Shown here piece by piece: positions 56,208 through 64,000 of a stretch of DNA of 64,000 bases; positions within the stretch are counted from its first letter, which is position 1, and each line of letters begins with the position of its first letter. The notes beneath the pieces are model-generated. The model did no database searches and had not been told where the DNA came from. It saw only the letters and a program-made list of their open reading frames with translations. The DNA comes from the human T2T-CHM13v2.0 reference genome, Homo sapiens, in assembly GCF_009914755.1 (NCBI RefSeq), contig NC_060932.1; one strand, given 5' to 3'. Made by a program: the position numbers and the translations under genes.

Positions 56208-57409
56208 TAGTGAAGACAAAGTAAGTCCAGTGTAAACTATTTGGCAGTTTTATTCAATTTTGGCCTTATTCTCTATTTGCTGACTTACAGCAACAGCATC
56301 TTAATTGAGTTCCCACCTTCAAATTGATGATGAGGAGGGCAAGCATGATGGGCGGTGACACTAACCCAGAATAAATATCCAGAATAAATATCATTCAAGT
56401 GGCAGGCCCATCTACATGCTTCAACAAGTCGTTTTCACTCACTTTCCCCCACATTGTATTTATTTTGATCATTACTATGTTGCTGAGGAAAATGCAAACC
56501 AATAAACAAACTGGGGACCTGTGAGGTTGAGTAATTTGCATGACATTGCACAGCTAACAGGAGCCTGTGCCTGGATTAACCCTGCATCTATTTGCTCTTA
56601 ATTCTTTTACTTACACAGTTGCTGCGCTATCCTACCTATCTTTCATTCTTGGGCTTTTGCTATTTTCCTAAAATACAGGCTGAGTCATGCAGCTTCTTGT
56701 CTAAATATGTCCGCAACCCATTCCCTCTTAGGTTTGAGCATAAATTTACGCTGCACAAAGTGTTATCTAAAGCCTTTTGTGACCTGCACCGCCTGACCCT
56801 TCAACCTTATAATTTTCTCTTATCCAACAACTTTTGGCTCAAATGCCACTTGCTCTGTAAATTCTTACAGATTGCTGCAATCAGAATTGAATTCCAATGT
56901 GTTCCCAGAGCATCTGGGTTTCAGTAGAGTACACAGTGCCTGAGGTGTTATCATATGGCGGTTGTTTGGATGTCTGTCATCTCCCCGGGATGCAAAACAC
57001 AAGTTTTTCAAAGATGCCGTCAGCCTGCTTTCCACCATGATATCTCCATGCTGCCTAATGTGTGCTTTGTTGCCTGGCTCATAGGACAGAGAGACGGTTA
57101 AATAAATAAATAGAAAGATGCTGAATACATGAATTGGTATTAATCTTTCATTCCCCTCCTTAGTGGACAGAACGTCATGTCTTCCTGCTTTTCTCTGTTA
57201 ATCTTCAGTTGGGAACCTGTTTCAAATACTCACTATCTTTGTTGAACTGTGGACAACCTAGCTGGAGACCAGTGAAAAAATCAGTTTGACTAATGCTAAG
57301 TGCAAAGGAATAACTTCACGATTTCTGCTCTCAAATTTTGGTGAAAGGATTTCTATTTACTATTCTAATGAGTACAATATGGATGACACAGTGTCCGTTT
57401 TTAAGCCAT

Positions 57410-57769
57410 GACTGTGCTGCCCCGTCATTCTCAAGGGATACATTCCAAGACTACCAGTGGATGCCTGAAACCACACAGAGTGCTGAGCCCATATGTACAC
57501 AATGTCTTTTCAATATGGTAACCAAGAAGGCTACTGACTGACCAGCGAGACGGGAAACAGGTAGCGTATACACAGCAATGCACTGGACACAGGGGCGATT
57601 CCCACTCCCGGCAGGACCAAGCAGGATACAGGAGATTTCATCATGTTACTCAGAATGGCATACAATTTAAAACTTACGAATTGTTTGTTTCTGGAATTTT
57701 CTATTTAATGTTTTTAGACTGCTGTTGACCGTAGGTAACTGAAACTGCAGATAAGGAGGAACTACTGTA
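57410..57769 (-). mobile_element. MER44 (TcMar-Tigger), short form, opposite orientation to the 16-kb copy
   Basis: gggatacattccaagac...gtggatgcctgaaacc...gttgaccgtaggtaactgaaactgcagataaggaggaactactgta. Confidence 0.88.
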
Positions 57770-58489
57770 TTTCTTTATTTATACCAAACTTAAGTCCAAA
57801 AAAGAATTTTGAAAGGTTTAGATAAAACTTTGCAAAACAAGTTAGAAATGAATTGTATGTTAAACATTGGAAGATTTAAAGACAGTGAAAAATAAGTGAA
57901 CAGAAGATGAATCCAGGAGTGAAGTTATGCAGGCAAGGTATCCTACGCCTTCACCTCTGAACCATCTAGCAGACACAGCATAGCAGGTAACAGGCCCAGG
58001 TACCTGACTCAAATTACACAGCAATTAAAAACAAGTACTTTGGGGAGGGGGCAAAAACAATCATTTATCAATGATACTCATGAAAAGGACACGGGGTGAA
58101 GTTATGAATAACATTTCCAATAGGATCCTAATATTAAAAGCAGGGAGAACTTTTACAAGAGCGCAACTTCAAATGATCTCCAGTGTGGACTCATGTGCTC
58201 TTGTCAGTAAAGTTCGTAAATTGTTGGGACTCATGTGCTCCTGTTCAGTAAAAGTCATAGATTGTCGGGGAGAGAGCCCAACACAGTCACTGAAATAAGT
58301 TCTAGTTCCTAAATGATGCACGCAAACACACAGTTCAAATGATATGAACTATAAACTTGTTTTACTGCCTTAATCTACAAAAGGTCCACGAAGCATTGCT
58401 GGGTGCTGATGTCATCATGGGGTCCATTGCTTTCTGCCAACGCGCAGGGTTGTTACTGACCTAGGATGGGTCCTGAGACCTCTCTCCCT

Positions 58490-59300
58490 TGCGCCACATG
58501 TGGCTTCTCAATGAGCTCCTCCAGTCTCATGGATGTGAATGCCACCTATATGCTGATGATGCCAAATTCATGTCATCAGCCCAGGCTTCCTCCTCAGAGC
58601 TTCAGACCCTGATCCAAATTTCCCCTTGACTCTCTATTCCATGTGCTGGAGCCACCTCAGAACCCATACACCTACCTTGTCCATACAAATCTACTCTTTC
58701 CCCATCCTCCCCCATCCTTCCTTCCTTCTTCTTACCTGCACACACTCTGCTCATCTGCACATCATACGGATCCTACCTTCAGAACAGATCCATGTCTGAC
58801 CATCTCAGCACCGGAGGGTGCCCTGTGCTCATCCGGATGGAGGTCACAGCCTCCCTGCTTCTATCCTCCCTGCTCCATTCTATTCTCAGAACACTGTCCA
58901 GAGGGGTCACATACAACCCAAATTAGATCACATTGCACCTTGAAGCGACACTCTCCAGGGGTCACCTGTCTCACTGAGAGTAAAGCCAGACTCTAAAGAG
59001 GCGCTGCAAGGGCTGACACCTTCTCACTCCTGTCCTTCTCTAATCTCCTGTCTGGCCACATTCTACTCACACACCTAGCTGTGGCCACACACACATTTCC
59101 TGCTCTCTCTTAAACACCCTGGGGCCTTGGAACTTGCTGTGCCCTCTGCATAGAATGCCAGATATTCTCAAAGGTGACTCACCTTCTTCCTACGGGACTT
59201 TTGTTAAATCTCATTGACATTGTAGACTCCATATCCAGCCATCACCACCTCCTTCTTTCCCTCCTTCCCACCAAGGCACTTGCCATTACCTGATTTCATA
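58490..59300. mobile_element. L2 LINE fragment, degraded
   Basis: ccagtctcatgg...cctatatgctgatgatgccaaatt; ttggaacttgctgtgccctctgcatagaatgcc. Confidence 0.7.
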
Positions 59301-59309
59301 CAGATGGCT

Positions 59310-59490
59310 ACCTGGAGAGATGATAGATACATTAGGTAGATGACAGATAAAGATAGGCAGAAAACAGATACAGAGATGATAGATGAGCAGTGATAGATAG
59401 AGACATATAGACGAGATATATATATATATATACAGATGACAGATCATACATAGAATGACAGATACAGACAAAGATAGCTGATAGATATAA
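59310..59490. repeat. Degenerate (TAGA)n tract
   Basis: Directly visible. Confidence 0.88.
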
Positions 59491-59621
59491 CTTTGTATTT
59501 TTTGCAGAGACGGGGTCTCACCATGTTGCCCAGCCTGGTCTCAACTCTTGATCTCAAGTGATTCTCCTACCTGGGCCTCCCATAGTGCTGGGATTACATG
59601 CATGACCCCCCACATCTGACC
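59491..59621 (-). mobile_element. Alu left monomer only (FLAM or truncated AluJ)
   Basis: tttgtatttttttgcagagacggggtctcaccatgttgcccag...gtgctgggattaca. Confidence 0.88.
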
Positions 59622-59651
59622 TTAAATGCTGGAGGATTTAAAGACAATGGA

Positions 59652-59727
59652 AATCTGTCTATATCTGTTTACATCTATCATGCTTCCTACTATCTATCTA
59701 TCATCTGTCTATATTAGCTATCTATAC

Positions 59728-59761
<34 letters not shown>

Positions 59762-59782
59762 CATATATATATGTATGTGTGT
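59652..59782. repeat. Degenerate (TCTA)n tract plus (CA)n
   Basis: Directly visible. Confidence 0.9.
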
Positions 59783-60189
59783 CTGTTACTTGTTATATTA
59801 TGTTTAAAATCTGCCTTCTCCTATAGAACATGAGCTCCTTAAGGGCAGGGGTTTGTCTGCTTGATTTCTGCTTGGTGCACAGTCCACAGTCAGTAAATAT
59901 TTGTTGGACAAATGACTGATAATCCTACTCACACAGTGCTCCAGACAGCAGTGCCTCCAGATGAGCTAACTGCTGCAGGATACTTGCATGGCCCCCTCCA
60001 CTGCTCTTGCACCTGGGGCATCCTGTCAGGCCTCAGGCAGGCTTCAAAGGGAGCAGTGCTCATTCTGGTGTCCTGCTACTCTAAGAGATGATGGGCTGAG
60101 GATGCTCTGAGCACCATAAAATCCTACAGGACGGAGGGCTTTCTCCTCCAGGCTCCCTCTAGTCCACAGGAGACAAGCTGCCATACGGA

Positions 60190-60695
60190 AGCAGTCTCAG
60201 AATGAGATGCCTCCCCCACCAGCATCCCAACCAGCAACAAGAACTCCTCCAAGGAGCCTCCTTGAAGTGCAGAGTCTCAGGACCCACGCCAGACCTGCGG
60301 CCTCCTTCAGATGCACAGTCTCAGGCCACACTCCAGACCTGCAGCCTCCTTGAAGTGCAGAGTCTCAGTTCCCACTCCAGACCCGCAGCCTCCTTGAAGT
60401 GCAGAGTCTCAGTTCCCACTCCAGACCCGCAGCCTCCTTGAAGTGCAGAGTCTCAGTTCCCACTCCAGACCCACAGTCTCCTTGAAGCGCAGAGTCTCAG
60501 TTCCCACTCCAGACCCGCAGCCTCCTTGAAGGGCAGAGTCTCAGTTCCCACTCCAGACCTGCAGCCTCCTTGAAGTGCAGAGTCTCAGTACCCACTCCAG
60601 ACCTGCAGCCTAAGAAACTCTGGCTGTCTGGCTGTCTGTGCTTAACAGGCTGTCCACGTCCCTCCAGGGGAAACTGGAGTTTGAGAGCTGCTGGC
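60190..60695. mobile_element. MER5A-like hAT element hosting the minisatellite
   Basis: Flanks gcagtctcagaatg...accagca and agaaactctggc...tctgtgcttaacagg...gagtttgagagctgctg match remembered MER5A; the unit matches its aaatgcagattctcaggccccaccccagacct segment. Confidence 0.7.
60257..60608 (+). repeat. Minisatellite, 8 x 44 bp
   Basis: Unit cctccttgaagtgcagagtctcagttcccactccagacccgcag starts at 60257, 60301, 60345, 60389, 60433, 60477, 60521 and 60565. Confidence 0.98.
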
Positions 60696-60771
60696 CCAGA
60701 GCATTATCTTGAGAAAGACTTTGAGACTCAGTTTGGAGTCAGTGGAAAAATGTGTCAGGATAGATTAGAGG

Positions 60772-60787
60772 CGTCAGCAGGGGGCAG
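60772..60787 (+). promoter_or_regulatory. Candidate CTCF motif
   Basis: tcagcagggggcag matches the core CCAGCAGGGGGCAG at 13 of 14 positions; motif only. Confidence 0.4.
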
Positions 60788-61748
60788 GGACGGGATCCTG
60801 GCCGTTTGTCCTTTAGAGGTCTGTGGAACTGACTATTTTCTGCTCTGACATTTGCTATCACATTCTATTTGCCTGTCAGTAGTTTACCATTTAAAAGGGT
60901 ATCTTTCTCCTGTTACATTTTCCCCAATTAGGGAAACCTGTGTAATCACCAGCTGTCTGGAATCATTTCGGTAAGAAGACCTGGGGCAGAAACAAATAAA
61001 TAAAAAGATTCAACACTTAAATGATCTCTTTCCACTTCCAGCCATCCCAAGGTGCCCTCGCCTTACAAGGGTTCCTGTCTTACGGTAGTCCCATTGCCCC
61101 CATCCCTACCTTCTACAAGAACGCTGCCCGTGTGCCTGTGCACGCTCTTGCCTGGGGTTTATTTTCTGAGATTCTCTAGCAGAAAAGAGCATCAGTGCCC
61201 TCTCCTGTCTCTGTTCTGCACCTCTCCTTCCTGCCTCCAACCTTTCTCCAGGTTGTTTCTGGACCAGAGCTTCCTGCAGTTTCAGAGCTGGCCAAAGATC
61301 ATCTTCCGAGCACCGCTTCCTTTCTGCAGGGCCTTTGGAAATCAGGTTACAAATAATTGCTTGTGATTGGGTATCATGGAGCCTTGTTTCATGCTCCGAA
61401 CACTTTTCTCCTGACTGCTGTACAAGTTTATTATTCCTCATTGAATACTCAGTTGAGAAAACATGCTGCTTGCAGGCATTTGGACAAAAAGTAGGACAGG
61501 AGTTCCCGGATCAACAACAATCTCTCAAAAATGCTGTTTCTGGGAGGACAATCAGCCTTGGCTTGTGTTCTTTTCATTTGCAGCACTTTTTCTAGGCTCA
61601 GATCAGCTCAGAGACACCAGAATATTTGCATGATCAACGTTTTCATAACAAATTACCATTCCTGTTCTCCTCTAAATGGAATGTAGGTTAAAAGACTCCT
61701 AATGTCTATTTTTCAGATAAATAAAATATTTTCACTATGCGTGCATAC

Positions 61749-61749
<1 letters not shown>

Positions 61750-61789
<40 letters not shown>
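61750..61789. repeat. (TG)n microsatellite
   Basis: Directly visible. Confidence 0.97.
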
Positions 61790-61790
<1 letters not shown>

Positions 61791-64000
61791 AGTATTTGAG
61801 AGGGTGAATAAGACAGAACTCACTGTATGCCTTCTAGAAGGTGAGGACTAGCAAGGGTATTATCTGTTTGCTTGAGCTTTTATGAAACTAGGCTTGAACT
61901 TTTCTATTGATTTTTAGAGATTTCATAATTTTAAAGTAGTACTGTAGCTACAAATTGTAATGACCCAAGATGAAGAAGGGGCTTCAGAAACCCTGTAATC
62001 GATGAGCACTACGTAGGAGCATCAAGAAAGATCGTTTAAGTTGTCATTTTAAAATTTTAGACATCTTAAAACAATCCTTTTATAGTATTCACTGATTTCA
62101 TCAAATATGTGATGGAAAATTACTCTGCTAAATGAGCCATGCAAATTAGCAATGAATTATGCTCAAATATCCAAAAGCAATTATGCTGCTGAATAACCGG
62201 GTATTTTAATAAAATATGGATAATGACAGCGTTAATATTTTAGGTTACATTTATGCAATGATATGACATTTAAAATATAGAAAACCAGATACAACACTAT
62301 CTAGCGCATATTTTATATCTGCAGAACATAAAATTATATTTAAGTTATTTGAAAGAGATCCCAGGTCCTCATGCTCCTTCCAGAAGATTAACATCCAGAA
62401 ATATTGAGCTGAGACATATTTAATAGGGACAAGAAAAATAGTTGTTTAAGGTGTTCTTGAATATTTTGAAAATTTAGTTTCATTTATTTTTTTCTCTCAT
62501 GGCCTGTCTCCCAGATCCACTGCTTGTCTTAACCTTTAAATTGCTGAAAACTAAGAAAGCTTAAATCAACCAAAAGAATGTGAACTTCCAAGCTCCTTTT
62601 CCTAAATACAAACATGTTCCTGGTATTCACACTCTACTTCTACTTTTGTGAGAAACATTCTTTAAAATTCTTTAAAATCCTTTTACTGTACCAGTCGGTG
62701 TTGCATTAGAAGGCTTGCGCTGATATAAACCTGTGCCATCGGGGTGAAACATAGTATGCACAAATCCAATATGACAGGTTAAAAGTTAAAAGCATCCTTT
62801 ATCTCCCTCTGTAAGTACACTGGCATTAATCAAATCAGCATTGTCTGGTTCTTCCATGCTCAGAAATACTACAGAAGAGGCTGAGCAATTAGTTCGTATT
62901 CCGCAAATGAGTCAACTGAAATAACAGTTGTTCGTTAGAATAGAATTTGGAAGCATTGCAAACAATCAAGAGGCGGCCTGGTCCTTAATTATCGCCTTTT
63001 CAGCACACATTATCAACACTGCTGACTCACTAGTAAGAGTGGATTTCACAACTTTAATGGTTCAAAATTACATCCTGAATCGAGTATCAGTAACCATTCC
63101 ATCAAGTCAATTTTTGTGGTACTACTGAATTGGATGGGTAATGAGCTTCAACAAACTACTATTTTCAAATTCACAAATACTAAAGTGCATCTAATAATTC
63201 ACTACAACTGTCATCAAACTGGGCCTGCTCCCAGCTCCTGGGGTTGTAATCAAGCCCCTCACCTGTGCAAACCACTTCAGTTGTCGGCAGAAAGAGCCCA
63301 GCCTGGTGAGAAATGCACAGATGCTTTCCACATAAAGCCCATTTAATCTCTTGGGTGACATTCTTATACACAGATTCATCTAAAAGAAAGTAATTCAATC
63401 AGCTGGCCCTAGTGCTTTGCCATAGAACAATTTCCTCAATAATTTTCTCTGCTTATTGGATATTTTGAGATTTGCAGAGTGTGGAAGGGGTTTAGGTAAC
63501 ACTGGAGAATTTAGGTAAGACCATGGCTTTCTAAATGTAAAAATAAAGCTCTAAAGATATCTGTCTTCATGATCTGAAAATATCTGTGACATTTTGTGTG
63601 ACTCCTTGGAATAAAGTATTTCGTAGGGGAAATTGAAATCTAAGCAAAGTAAAGCAGCAAATAGTTGAAAGCCTGTTATGATCATGGCACTGCAAACTGT
63701 TTCAAGAAGCCAAAAACACCTTCAGCTTTGGAGTTCATGATCAAGGTTGTCCAAACAAGACAAAGATTGGTGATTATTTAACTCACAGTACAAAGTGATA
63801 ATTGGAGCAAAATTTAAAAAATTGCACCTGTTCAATTTTGTGAATCAGAATGTGCACTACCACAGAGTACATGCCGAGAGAATATGGTATGAATATACAA
63901 TATTCATACATGTCTTTGTTCTTTTCATTCTTTACTCATTGAACACGGAGTCTAGGGTCAGGTCAAGCGCATTCTATAGAGTTAATGCAAGCTTGTGCTG

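Noticed and set aside
56367-56393. 14-bp tandem duplication ccagaataaatat
   Set aside because: Ordinary slippage duplication with no further structure.
60257-60608. CRISPR-like array
   Set aside because: Units are contiguous with no unique spacers, and the context is a primate genome; it is a minisatellite.
63887-63909. 10-bp perfect hairpin gtatgaatat-aca-atattcatac
   Set aside because: Short and AT-rich, plausible by chance, and too small for a pre-miRNA.

Overview
This is primate (human-like) nuclear DNA that reads as intronic or intergenic. It contains 18 Alu copies or fragments, a short L1PA 3' end, older L1/L2/MIR fragments, solo LTRs (THE1, MST, MLT1, MER4-like, LTR18-like), DNA-transposon fossils (Charlie1, MER44, MER58, MER5A) and many microsatellites. 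I recognise no protein-coding exon, RNA gene or pseudogene and cannot name a host gene; the ORF track is consistent with repeat read-through and chance ORFs. I found no convincing new biological system. The most interesting unexplained structure is: (1) three short direct duplications 1.4-2.2 kb apart with different levels of divergence; (2) a candidate 21-nt minus-strand microexon in one duplicate whose paralogous copy lacks both splice sites; (3) a 44-bp minisatellite that grew inside a MER5A element; (4) eight consecutive Alus in alternating orientation; (5) a plus-strand CAG|GTAAGT recursive-splice-like site. Repeat subfamily names and identity estimates are by-eye calls from remembered consensus sequences, not database results.
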